Of a DNA stretch of 19,483 nucleotides, positions 1-10,060 are shown in pieces. The translations under genes were made by a program, and so were the position numbers. The notes below the pieces were generated by a model, which was given only the letters and a program-made list of their open reading frames with translations, was not told where the DNA came from and did no database searches. The stretch lies in contig NW_021824211.1 in assembly GCF_006345805.1 (NCBI RefSeq), positions 1 through 19,483 on the forward strand, read 5' to 3'. The first letter of the stretch is position 1, and each line of letters begins with the position of its first letter. This stretch comes from Octopus sinensis (Eukaryota).

Positions 1-53
1 AGAGCTGCGCTCGGTAGTGAAGTGAAAGCACGCTATAAAAATAAAACTACTGA
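1..53 (+). mobile_element. Probable 3' terminus of a non-LTR retrotransposon ending in an (AAT)n tail
   Basis: Non-repetitive segment containing AATAAA runs directly into (AAT)n; cut by the window edge, so family not assignable. Confidence 0.4.
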
Positions 54-119
54 ATAATAATAATAATAATTATTATTATATTATTAATATTATTATTATT
101 TTTATTATTATTATTATTA

Positions 120-150
<31 letters not shown>

Positions 151-201
151 GTTATTATTATTATATATTATTATTATTATTATTATTATATTATATTATT
201 A
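54..201. repeat. (AAT)n then (TAT)n microsatellite
   Basis: Direct reading; orientation flips near 70. Confidence 0.95.
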
Positions 202-202
202 T

Positions 203-618
203 CAGTTGTTTGACCATAACCAGTTGAGCACGTCCCTTAGTGGCTGACGATATGTGTATCTCTGATCATGAGCAGAAGTAGTTGGGGAGCATCATAGTCA
301 TGTGTCGAGAGGAATTCTTTGGGGGTTTGAATGATTCACTCCTGGAAACATAGGTGTTTCGTTCAACATCCTTAAACAACCCTTATTTAGGGACCTTTTG
401 AGCGGGATGGGCTACTCGACCAGAAGAAAATTCTAATTGGGTGTCACCTGCAAGGTCATGTGTTGTTTATCTTGATATGGGATCACCATGTCGCGCACAT
501 ATGGTGATGATACATGTGCCTCGTGTACCCTTATCAGACGAGTAGTCATGATGGGTATACTGGACTTCGTATATTTTACCCCAGTGTCACGTTGATGGCA
601 TGCACTGCTCTCTCACTC
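203..618 (+). mobile_element. Retroposon 3' UTR-like segment with stem-loops, embedded in TAA repeats
   Basis: GC-richer island ending CTCACTC(AAT)n; hairpins ATCACCAT/ATGGTGAT (482-508) and TACCC..GGGTA (526-557); no convincing ORF. Confidence 0.5.
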
Positions 619-651
<33 letters not shown>

Positions 652-662
652 AATAATAATAA

Positions 663-701
<39 letters not shown>

Positions 702-762
702 CGTAATAATAATAATAATAATAATATAATAATAATAATAATAATAATAAATAATAATAATA
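619..762. repeat. (AAT)n microsatellite
   Basis: Direct reading. Confidence 0.97.
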
Positions 763-907
763 AAGTTCAAGTGAAAACTTAGTATATAGTACGTGCGTTT
801 AGTTGGAAAACGTATAACACTCCCTAAATATAACAATATACATACAAACATGCATACATACATAGACACACACTCACTCACACACACACACACACACATG
901 TATATAC

Positions 908-1382
908 ATGAGCTACAGGAAGTGAGTGAGAGAGCTACGACTCTACTCCCTGGAGCGATGACGTGAAGGGTATGCAGGAATTTACGTATGGAAGGTCCTG
1001 AAGGGGCTGGCACCAAACATTTGTACCGTAAGCTATACCAGCCCCCGAACTGGACACCACTGCATTGTTCCAAAGCTCCCAGCTAATCCATTTAAAGTGA
1101 GGACCATGTACTGCAGTAGCTTGGGATTCAAGGGCCAACAGCTATTTAATGCCTTGCTAAAACATCTGAAAGACCTTCACTGAGTAGGAGTAAATGTTTT
1201 CAAGGAACAACTTGACCTCCTGCTGTCTAAGGTCCCAATTAAACCTATATCGCGTCAAGAAACTCAAAAAAAAGGGTAGTAGTCACCAAAAGTCAATCGC
1301 ATAAAAATGGCCATTGAAAAGGTGATTACACTGGCGGTGCCTCCAGCATGGCTACAGGCCTTGGGTTGAAATGTGTAAAAGA

Positions 1383-1384
<2 letters not shown>
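908..1384 (+). mobile_element. 5'-truncated, decayed CR1-clade LINE: ORF2 C-terminus plus 3' UTR
   Basis: Frame from 908 reads MSYRK*VRELRLYSLER*REGYAGIYVWKVLKGLAPN...SLGFKGQQLFNALLKHLKDLH*VGVNVFKEQLDLLLSKVP, matching the CR1 motifs LYSLERRRER..IY.WK and LFN.LP...FK..LD; three in-frame TGA stops. Confidence 0.88.
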
Positions 1385-1456
<72 letters not shown>

Positions 1457-1463
1457 ATATATA
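1383..1463. repeat. (TA)n(TG)n compound microsatellite
   Basis: Direct reading. Confidence 0.95.
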
Positions 1464-1719
1464 TTGGGTATGGTAGATGAGTTCAGCAAAAATTTAAATT
1501 CAGATAAATATGGTACTGAAGTTGAGGCACCAGAATTTAGTGCGATAGTATCCATACAATTTCAAAGTAAGGTGATGCTGAAGTAGAGACGACATGTTCT
1601 TTGTCTATCTCCTTAACTTCTTGGAGATTTTAGGTATAATTATACTAATGTGTCCATTTGTTCTAATTTAATTAAATTTTATGTCTTTGTGCAGCTGAGG
1701 ATGCCCTGAGCGAAAGACC

Positions 1720-1918
1720 TAAGCTCCTAGAGGCTCCGGCAGAAGGTAATGGCGAACTTCTGCTGACTTTTCGCCACACTTTCTATCACTCTTTCCTCCT
1801 GCATCTTGCAGCTCACCTGCGCCGGACCGGCGTCCCGTCCAGGTGGGAAACCTATACGCCAAGGAAACCGGGAAACCGGCCCTTATGAGCCAGGTGTGGC
1901 TCGAGAAGGAACAGACCA
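1720..1918 (+). mobile_element. SINE 3' remnant with V/Meta-SINE-like domain
   Basis: CCTGCGCCGGACCGGCGTCCCGTCCAGG...GGAAACCGGGA...GGCTCG resembles, from memory, the CCTGCGATGGACTGGC.TCCC.TCCAGG...GGAAACCGGG block of V/Meta-type SINEs; no tRNA head seen. Confidence 0.5.
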
Positions 1919-2316
1919 TTCCCATTCAGATTCACACTTATGGCAGCGGTCCTTCAGTTTTTCTAAGGTTGGACCTCCAGTCAGGCCTTTTGCGATAGCC
2001 TTAAAACCAGGAATTATCCAGCCCCCACCCGTAAAAGATAGCTGACTCTAATGACATACAACGGTTTGAAACTCAAGACCTCAAGATGGCGAATAGTATT
2101 TCTTGACCCTTTCACCATGCTTCTGTTCATGAATAAGTAAATAAAACTATGTAAGAGATAAAGAGGGGAATAACGAGCCAGGGTGGAGTAATGTGGGAAA
2201 GGAAGTTAATGACCGGAAATCAGGTTATTAAACGGTCACCTGCTTGATCTTGATCGCTTTACATTATGGTGTATGTTTCGACGGGTGGAAATATAACAAT
2301 TGAGTCTATTCTCTAA

Positions 2317-2317
<1 letters not shown>

Positions 2318-2408
<91 letters not shown>

Positions 2409-2413
2409 GTTTC

Positions 2414-2489
<76 letters not shown>

Positions 2490-2620
2490 CTATCTATATG
2501 TCTGTCTGTCTGTTTTTTGTCTGTCTGCCTGTCTATGTGTCTGCCTGTCTGTCTGCTTTTCTATCTGACTATGTATATACATGTTTGTTTCTATGTATGT
2601 ATGTATGTATGAATGTATAT
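2318..2620. repeat. (TCTA)n grading into (TGTC)n and (TATG)n
   Basis: Direct reading. Confidence 0.95.
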
Positions 2621-2623
2621 AGA

Positions 2624-3032
2624 CTCTCTTTACTCTTTTACTTATTTCAGTCATTTGACTGCGGTCATGCTGGAGCACCGCCTTTAGTCTAGCAAATCGA
2701 CCCCATGACTTATTCTTTGTAAGCCCAGTACTTATTCTATCGGTCTCTTTTGCCGAACCGCTAAGTGGCGGGGACATAAACACACCAGCATTGGTTGTCA
2801 AGCAATGCTAGGGGACAAACACAGACACACAAACATACACACACACATATATATATATATACATATATACGATGGGCTTCTTTCAGTTTCCGTCTACCAA
2901 ATCCACTCACAAGGCTTTGGTTGGCCCGAGGCTATGGTAGAAGACACTTGTCCAAGATGCCACGCAGTGGGACGGAACCCGGAACCATGTGGTTGGTAAG
3001 CAAGCTACTTACCACACAGCCACTCCTGCGCC
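2624..3032 (-). mobile_element. Full-length tRNA-derived SINE family A (octopus OK/OR-like)
   Basis: Minus-strand head GGCGCAGGAGTGGCTGTGTGG (A box) and GGGTTCCGTCCC (B box), internal microsatellite, 3' tail GGCGGTGCTCCAGCATG...GTAAAAGAG; homologous copies elsewhere in the window. Confidence 0.9.
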
Positions 3033-3105
3033 TATGTATGTATGTATGTATGTATGTATGTATGTATGTATGTATGTATGTTTGTATGTATGTATGTATG
3101 TATGT
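3033..3105. repeat. (TATG)n microsatellite
   Basis: Direct reading. Confidence 0.95.
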
Positions 3106-3289
3106 CAACAGCCAGCCAACAATATTTGTACATACGTATGTGTACGCATGCATGTATGTATGCGGGGGACGTGGAAATATCTTGGTTGGTGTTCAGTCTC
3201 ACTGGGATTGGGAGCCCCCCCTGCTCTTGTTACATCTCTGTAGGAGAAGGAAACTCTGGGAGAATACCTGTGACACTGACAATATTCGA

Positions 3290-3894
3290 TGATGTAGACT
3301 GGTTCTTCTTTTCTAAGTTTATTTCAGGATTGTCCTTTCGCGGCTGGCATTGTAAATTGTTTTAGCGACAACATCGTGCTTCATAGGGAGATAGTACCGT
3401 GACGACATTTTAGGACAGCTGCTAATCACATGTATCATATCTTCCACAGAGACATAACATAGCCCACACATGTGGTTGCACCTTGGGATTACAAGAGCGT
3501 CACTGTCTCTCTTGTTCACCAGGTACTTTGTGGCAATCTCCTGTTCCTGGATTGCAAACGAATAGCCTTCAAAGTGTGATGTAGTGGTCTTAAGTCCAAG
3601 AGAGTCTGCGCTTCGTGTCAATTCTACTGTCTTCTTCAAGCTTCCGGGCAATATACCCATGCATGGTCTTTTTTTTTTTCTTTGCATGCTGAATGCTTTC
3701 CATCCAGGTCTTCGCTGAGGTAAGAGAGAGACCAGCTGTTCTGGGGCTGTATAGGAGATCATCAGGAAGAGAGTGTTTCTTGAGGAGATCACGACCCACT
3801 CGTACAATGTTGCTCATTTCACTCTTCAGGACTGCATTAATATATTTATTTTTGCTGCTGTTGTTTAGCAGATGCTGCCTGAGTGTTATCATAC

Positions 3895-3895
<1 letters not shown>
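3290..3895 (-). mobile_element. Fragment of an R4/Dong-clade (RLE-type) non-LTR retrotransposon ORF: post-RT linker and CCHC zinc knuckle
   Basis: Two overlapping minus ORFs join by frameshift: KTMHGYIARKLEEDSRIDTKRRLSWT / SHFEGYSFAIQEQEIATKYL...CGLCYVSVEDMIHVISSCPKMSSRYYLPMKHDVVAKTIY, i.e. C-x2-C-x8-H-x4-C followed by (R/K)HD. Confidence 0.85.
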
Positions 3896-3934
<39 letters not shown>

Positions 3935-3957
3935 TGTTTTCGGTACAAAAATTGCAG

Positions 3958-4048
3958 TAAATATAGGTGACTCGTACTCATCAGCCGGAAAAACATCTGA
4001 GATCCCCAAACATCAAAGGGGGTGATGTTACACTCGTGAAACATCATG
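3958..4048 (+). pseudogene. Possible decayed exon with EGF-repeat-like spacing
   Basis: TTGCAG acceptor-like site, strong G|GTAAGT donor; reads NIGDSYSS...[frameshift]..NIKGG......G; all cysteines absent. Confidence 0.2.
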
Positions 4049-4237
4049 GTAAGTTCTAAAAATGAGATTAGATAACAAATTGATTTCTAAAAGTTCTTTT
4101 AGTATTGCACACAGTCATATATCAGGTTTTTAAAATTTTTTCAAAACCTCTTAGTTTTCCAGAAAGTGAAGATGAAAGTGATGGTGTGAGTTTATCCATA
4201 TTTGAAGAAAGTTTGATCGTGAAGATATGATGAGGGG

Positions 4238-4241
4238 TATA

Positions 4242-4277
<36 letters not shown>

Positions 4278-4323
4278 CATATATAGATATATATATATAT
4301 ATATATATTATATATAAATATAT

Positions 4324-4359
<36 letters not shown>

Positions 4360-4397
4360 TATATTAATATATATATATTATATATATATATATAATA
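4238..4397. repeat. (TA)n microsatellite
   Basis: Direct reading. Confidence 0.95.
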
Positions 4398-4610
4398 TCG
4401 CCATGTTGATTCGTTAGCTACTGCACGCATTTTTTTTTTCTCTCCTTCTTTCTGTGTTTTTCTCTCTCTGTGTATCTTTCTGTTGAAGAGCGTAGGCTCG
4501 AAACGTTAAAGACTTGTTTTATTTATATTTCCTGAGCGCCATACTAATACAATTGTTCGTTTGTTTTCCACCTGCCTTCGTCTTTTGTTTATTTTCATAA
4601 AGCTTCCCGT
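4398..4610 (+). mobile_element. Penelope-like terminal-repeat fragment between TA repeats, carrying a minimal hammerhead-like motif
   Basis: Pyrimidine tract, then AAGAGC-loop-GCTCGAAACGT, then ACTAATACA; a related copy lies at 17960-18093 (-). Confidence 0.6.
4475..4512 (+). ncRNA. Minimal type I hammerhead-ribozyme-like motif (A6U core variant)
   Basis: TCTTT-CTGTTGA-A-GAGC gtag GCTC-GAAA-cg-T-T-AAAGA: stem I TCTTT/AAAGA, 4-bp stem II, palindromic AACGTT in place of stem III. Confidence 0.55.
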
Positions 4611-4662
<52 letters not shown>

Positions 4663-4765
4663 TGTGTGTGTGTATACGTATAATATATATATATCTACAT
4701 ATATGTATATATACATACATATATATGTACATACATGCACACACATACATACGCACACATGCAAA
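4611..4765. repeat. TA/TG/CA compound microsatellite
   Basis: Direct reading. Confidence 0.9.
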
Positions 4766-4981
4766 CACGCGAGGGTGACTGTAAGATAAGTGGTTTGCTT
4801 CGTAACCAGCTGCACACGGGGAATCGAACACGCATGAACACATCCACTTACAATCACACAATGAAACGCTCGGCTTTATTACCTTTATTTTCTATACCGT
4901 ATGACGTGAGCGGTTTCGATACTGTCCACTTCCTGTAACTCACACAGTATTTGTATGTCCTACATTCTATCAATTTTATTA

Positions 4982-5017
<36 letters not shown>

Positions 5018-5041
5018 TGTTTTTGTGTGTCTCTTTATCAG

Positions 5042-5164
5042 GATTTGAGGGTACAGGGAATTTTGCAGGGGACATAGACAAATGCAGTATGAAGGGTCAC
5101 CAAAGAAATATTCTAACATCTACTGCAAGAGGCGCCCATCATTGCCTCATCGGTACAAGAGAAT
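5042..5164 (+). pseudogene. Candidate 123-nt phase 1-1 exon with degenerate calcium-binding EGF-like sequence
   Basis: Acceptor TCTCTTTATCAG, donor GTAAGT, only one stop-free frame: GFEGTGNFAGDIDKCSMKGHQRNILTSTARGAHHCLIGTRE, resembling GFxGxGxxCxDIDEC. Confidence 0.4.
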
Positions 5165-5244
5165 GTAAGTTTCTTGCAGTACTGAGAAAAGCCACGTCCG
5201 TGTTGCTCATGCTTAAGCCAATAATCGAAATTGTGTCACAGCCA

Positions 5245-5245
<1 letters not shown>

Positions 5246-5280
<35 letters not shown>

Positions 5281-6073
5281 ACACACACACACACACACTC
5301 ACATTCACATACACACATATGCATACATACCTACATACACGTGTGTGTGTGTGTGTGTGTGTGTACATATGTATTGAAGCAATTACACGACATCAAACAT
5401 TCTTTGATCTCGAGAAGACCTATGTACATACATACATACACACATACATACTTACATACATACATACATTCATTCATACATACATACATACACACATACA
5501 TACATACATACACACATACATACATACACACATACATACATACATACATACATACATACATACATACCACATACATACATACAAACATACATACATTCAT
5601 TCATACATACATACATACACACATACATACTTACATACATACATACATTCATTCATACATACATACATACATACATACACACATACATACACACATACAT
5701 ACATACACACATACATACATACATACATACATACACACATACATACATACAAACATACATACACACACATACATACATACATACATACATACATACATAC
5801 ACACGCACACATACATACATACATACATACATACATACATACATACATACATACATGCATGCATACATACATACACATACATACATACATACATATATAC
5901 ATACATACATACAAAAATACATATATACACACACACATACATACATATATGCATACATGCAAACATTGAAAATAGAATGACGTGATGAGGATGATGATGA
6001 TAATGATACATGTATTCACACGCATACACCACACACATACACACACACACATACACACACACATACACATATA
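5246..6073. repeat. (CA)n, (TG)n and long (ACAT)n tracts
   Basis: Direct reading; main (ACAT)n run about 5422-5960. Confidence 0.95.
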
Positions 6074-6118
6074 CTAGGCATATTCTTACATTATAGTCGC
6101 AGGCGTGGCTGTGTGAAT

Positions 6119-6448
6119 AGGCGCAGGCGTGGCTGTGTGGTAAGAAACTGTGCCTCCCCACAACATGGTTCCGGTTCAGTCCCAATGCAGGGCACCTCGG
6201 GTAAGTGTTCTCTATCATGGCCTCGGTCTGACCAAAACCTTATGAGTGGAGTTGGCAGGCGGAAACTGAAAGAAGCCCGTCGTATATGTATGTATATATG
6301 TGAGTGTGTGTATGTATGTGTGTGCCTTTGTGCCTATGTTTGCCCAGGATCTCGCCACTTGACAATCGGTGTTGGTGTGTTTTCGTCCCTGTAACTTAGC
6401 GGTTCAGCAAGAGAAAAATATAGAATAAGTACTAAGCTTAAAAATAAG
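6119..6448 (+). mobile_element. SINE family A, 3'-truncated
   Basis: A box TGGCTGTGTGG, B box GGTTCAGTCCC; colinear with the reverse complement of 2624-3032. Confidence 0.88.
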
Positions 6449-6500
6449 ATTGTGAATTGGCTATTGTTAGCCCCTATGTCATTGTAAAAGTAGCAATGTC

Positions 6501-6900
6501 AGGCGGCAAGCTGGCAGAAGCGTTAGCACGCCGGGTGAAATGCTCAGCGGTATTTCGTCTGACGTTACGTTCTGAGTTCAAATTCCGCCGAGGTCGACTT
6601 TGCCTTTCACCCTTTCGGGGTCGATTAAATAAGTACCAGTTACGCACTGGGGTCTATATAATCGACTTAATCCGTTTGTCTGTCATTGTTTGTCCTCTCA
6701 GTGTTTAGCCCCTTGTGGGCAGTAAAGAAATAGGTATTTCGTCTGCCGTTACGTTCTGAGTTCAAATTCCGCCGAGGTCGACTCTGCCTTTCATCCTTTC
6801 GGGGTCGACAAATTAAGCAGCAGTTGCGTACTGGGGTTGATCTAATCGACTGGCCCTCTACCCCAAAATTTCGAGCCTTGTGCCTAGTGTAGAAAAGAAT
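6501..6900 (+). mobile_element. SINE family B dimer (one head, two bodies, period 184 bp)
   Basis: A box TGGCAGAAGCG, B box GAGTTCAAATTCC, central GTCGACTTTGCCTTTCA(T/C)CCTTTCGGGGTCGA..AAGTACCAG (Nin/Deu-domain-like); units start GGTATTTCG at 6549 and 6733. Confidence 0.9.
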
Positions 6901-7244
6901 AAAGCACCAATGTTGTGAAACCAATGTTTTTTTTTTTAAGAAAATAATTTATAAAAGTTTAATTTTGTTCCATAAAGATATCAACTTTTCTTCACATGCT
7001 TCCGTATCTATTTACACACTCACACACTCGCTCATACAATTCACATTCCCGCACACATATACTCGCAAATATCTGTGTGTGTGTGTGTGTGTGTGCGTGT
7101 GTGTGTGTGTTTGTGTGTGTGCGGTTTGGGTGTGTCCGTCTTTAATAAATTACCCGAATTTGTGTCCAAATGTTTGTACAAGCATACTTCCCCACCAAAC
7201 TAGTTAGCTCATGTGACAAAAAATCTTTTACTTCCTTGTAGGAT

Positions 7245-7838
7245 TATACACATACATATATACGTGCATAGATTAATGGATTCGTACATACAACAGTATA
7301 CACATATATACGTGTGTGTGAGTGTGTGTATGCATAAATTTAATATATACGTACATACGCGTACAAATATACACATATGTAAACATATGCATACATATAC
7401 ATACTTACCTACATACATACATACAAACATACAAACATACACATATAGTTAGTCGTATTATATACAAATATGTACGTGTACGTGCGTATGTATATGTGCA
7501 TGTATATATATAAAAATACATACATACATACCTCCATGCATGCATACACACATACACACATACACATATACATAGATACATATGTACTTACATACATACT
7601 TAAATACATACACAGATACATAGATATATATACATACTTATATTCATGCTTAAATATATACATAAATACATATATACATTCATATATATATGTATCTATT
7701 TATGTATAAACACATATACATACATGCATACATATATATGTAAACACACACATATACATATATATATATATATATACATACATACATACATACAGAGAGA
7801 CTGTATACATTCATATATATGTATCTATTTATGTATAA

Positions 7839-7873
<35 letters not shown>

Positions 7874-7990
7874 CATGCATACATATATATATGTAAACAC
7901 ACATATACATACATACATACATACATACATACATACATACATACATACATACATACATACATACATACATACAGAGAGACTGACAGACAG
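7245..7990. repeat. Degenerate TA/CA/ACAT low-complexity tract
   Basis: Direct reading. Confidence 0.9.
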
Positions 7991-8423
7991 GCATACATAG
8001 TGCTTTATTATATATCATGAATATTTAATATACATGAGTTGACCTCATTTCCTTATAAAAAAAAAATTAATAATTTCAAAAAGATTGCTAATACGAAAAT
8101 GTGGTATTGGATGTCTCTTAAATATATTCAGTTTATAGAAAGACTTGGCCTTAGAAGAAAATTCGGTTCTTTCACCGCAGCGAACAGCGAAGGTCGCCCG
8201 TCTAGGAGCTCTGTTCGCACACCAATTACAGAAAGGCTTGGAGAATAAGAGGTTCTGATTGCGGTTAATAACTCAGTTTTGAACCAGTTTCGTGACAAAA
8301 ACGCCATGACACCCTTATTTTGGTGGCGCATGTTAGACCTAACACAGTTACTATTTAAACATCATTATGTGATCCTTGTTTGACCTTGTCCTATCAGTGT
8401 TATATAGTTAGTGGAAGAAACCA

Positions 8424-8544
8424 TCGATAGAATAAGCACCAAGCTTACAAAGGATAAGTCCAGGGGTCGATTTCTTCAATTAAAAGGCGGTGCTCCAGCA
8501 TGGCCTCACTCAAATGACTGAACGAGTAACAGTGTAAAAGAGTA

Positions 8545-8545
<1 letters not shown>
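8424..8545 (+). mobile_element. SINE family A, 3' portion
   Basis: GATAGAATAAG...GGCGGTGCTCCAGCATGGCC...GTAAAAGAG. Confidence 0.85.
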
Positions 8546-8578
<33 letters not shown>

Positions 8579-8619
8579 CATATATGACAAAGTGAAGTTG
8601 TAAGGTACCGCACGAGTAC

Positions 8620-8832
8620 CTCTTTACTCTTTTTACTCTTTTACTTGTTTCAGTCATTTGACTGTGGCCATGCTGGAGCACCACCTTTAGTCGAGCAAAT
8701 CGACCCCGGGACTTATTCTTTGTAAGCCCAGTACTTATTCTATCGGTCTCTTTTGCCGAACCGCTAATGACGGGGACGTAAACACACCAGCATCAGTTGT
8801 CAAGCAATGCTAGAGGGACAAACACAGACACA
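8620..8832 (-). mobile_element. SINE family A, 3' half
   Basis: Closely similar to 2624-2830. Confidence 0.9.
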
Positions 8833-9175
8833 TATATATGAAAGACAAAATATTATTACAATACATATATACATTCTTTGATAATAATAAGAAAATGTTA
8901 AAAACAGTTTACAAGGCTATCTCTAGTGGTCGAGCGACCCATCATGAACAAGATCAAGAAAGGTCGAAATCACGTGATCTGGTATCTCAGCGCTAGAGAC
9001 GCCGGAATTTATCTCCCCACTAACAATATAAACAAGAGTGCGTTTTGCATCAAAAGCCTATATGAGAGTTTCTCTCAAGGCATCTACCACAGTATAGTTT
9101 GTTCTAACACAACATCCACATTTAAGTGGGAATAAATATTACCTCGCAGTATTAATGCTGCCTCTGTCACTAATA

Positions 9176-9233
9176 CAGTGAAACCTCGCAGTACGAGTTC
9201 AATTCGTTCCATGACCGAGCAGTATTTTAGAGA
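9176..9233 (+). mobile_element. Tigger/pogo-like terminal fragment
   Basis: TA|CAGTGAAACCTCG...TACGAGTTCAATTCGTTCC resembles Tigger-type TIR starts; partner end not found. Confidence 0.5.
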
Positions 9234-9706
9234 CAGTAATTCAACCACTTCTGATACGCTTGGGCTGTTTCTTGAAGCGAGTACCTAGCTCAAAGTACAT
9301 CAACCACCTCTCCACTCGTGGATATGCCAGAAAGGAAAGTCAAGTCAATATGTTCCCAGCATCCATGAAGCTGCAAGGGATGCCAGATATTGGTTAAATG
9401 TCACCATACATACTTACCTTTTTTTCCCTTAGCTTTGTTTAAACTCTTAATAAATTACCCCACAATGTAGCAAGGGTTAATTATTATAGAAGACAGTTTA
9501 AGCAGAGCTAGTCCCACTTTCTCGTCTTTGAAACTTGAACGAATCTGGTGCAACAGGGACCATGATCCCAACAGGTATCAGAAAGCAGAACTTGTGCGGA
9601 GTTGCTTTCTCTAAGACAATCAGCTAAAGGGATGAAGGGTCTCAGTATCCTGAGTCCTTTAGGGTGTTAGTGAGTAATCTTTCGGTGGCAGTTTCCGGAA
9701 ATGCTA

Positions 9707-9860
9707 ATTAACCCATAGCTGGGATCCTGTCAGACGCTGCTACGCCTTGTCAGTGTAGTTCTGGGAACAATAGTTGTTAAGGTGGAGTTCTACACTCCCC
9801 AAAACCTCGGGACTCCCAAACCGGGCACCACTACGAAATGCAGTTTAAAGCCATACCCCA
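9707..9860 (+). repeat. Old dispersed repeat, homologous to 16476-16635
   Basis: Both read TTAACCCA...CTGGGA..AAT.GTG/T..TAAGG...CTCC.CAAA...TGCA.TTTAA.GC in the same order. Confidence 0.5.
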
Positions 9861-10060
9861 CCCACATCCCCAAAAACCACTCCAAATATGAATAGTGAAT
9901 TTGTTAGACTATTTTCCCTTTTTTGTTTGTTTTCGTGCAAATATCCGTAAACTTCGGGCTAAATTGCTTCCCGCCTATGCATTATTTAGCGCTAATAAAT
10001 AAACCGTGACGAGATAATGAGGTCGATACTTCATCGACACCCGACCTGATATATACCTAT

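Noticed and set aside
2960-3032. tRNA gene
   Set aside because: A and B boxes are present but continue into a SINE body; no cloverleaf I can build.
4951-6218. Long His/Thr/Tyr/Ile or Cys/Val/Met/Tyr ORFs, including the 344-aa ORF
   Set aside because: Translations of (CA)n and (ACAT)n repeats that lack stop codons; the same applies near 514-1073, 2300-3365, 7209-8020, 14680-15182 and 18972-19452.
8926-9135. 69-aa ORF in unique sequence
   Set aside because: Short, with no recognisable motif or splice signals.
9141-9193. 11-bp direct repeat ACCTCGCAGTA
   Set aside because: Short local duplication overlapping a Tigger-like end; no further structure.
9410-9419. ATACTTACCT resembling the U1 snRNA 5' end, or a minus-strand donor AG|GTAAGTAT
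   Set aside because: Downstream sequence does not resemble U1, and no acceptor or convincing exon could be paired with it.
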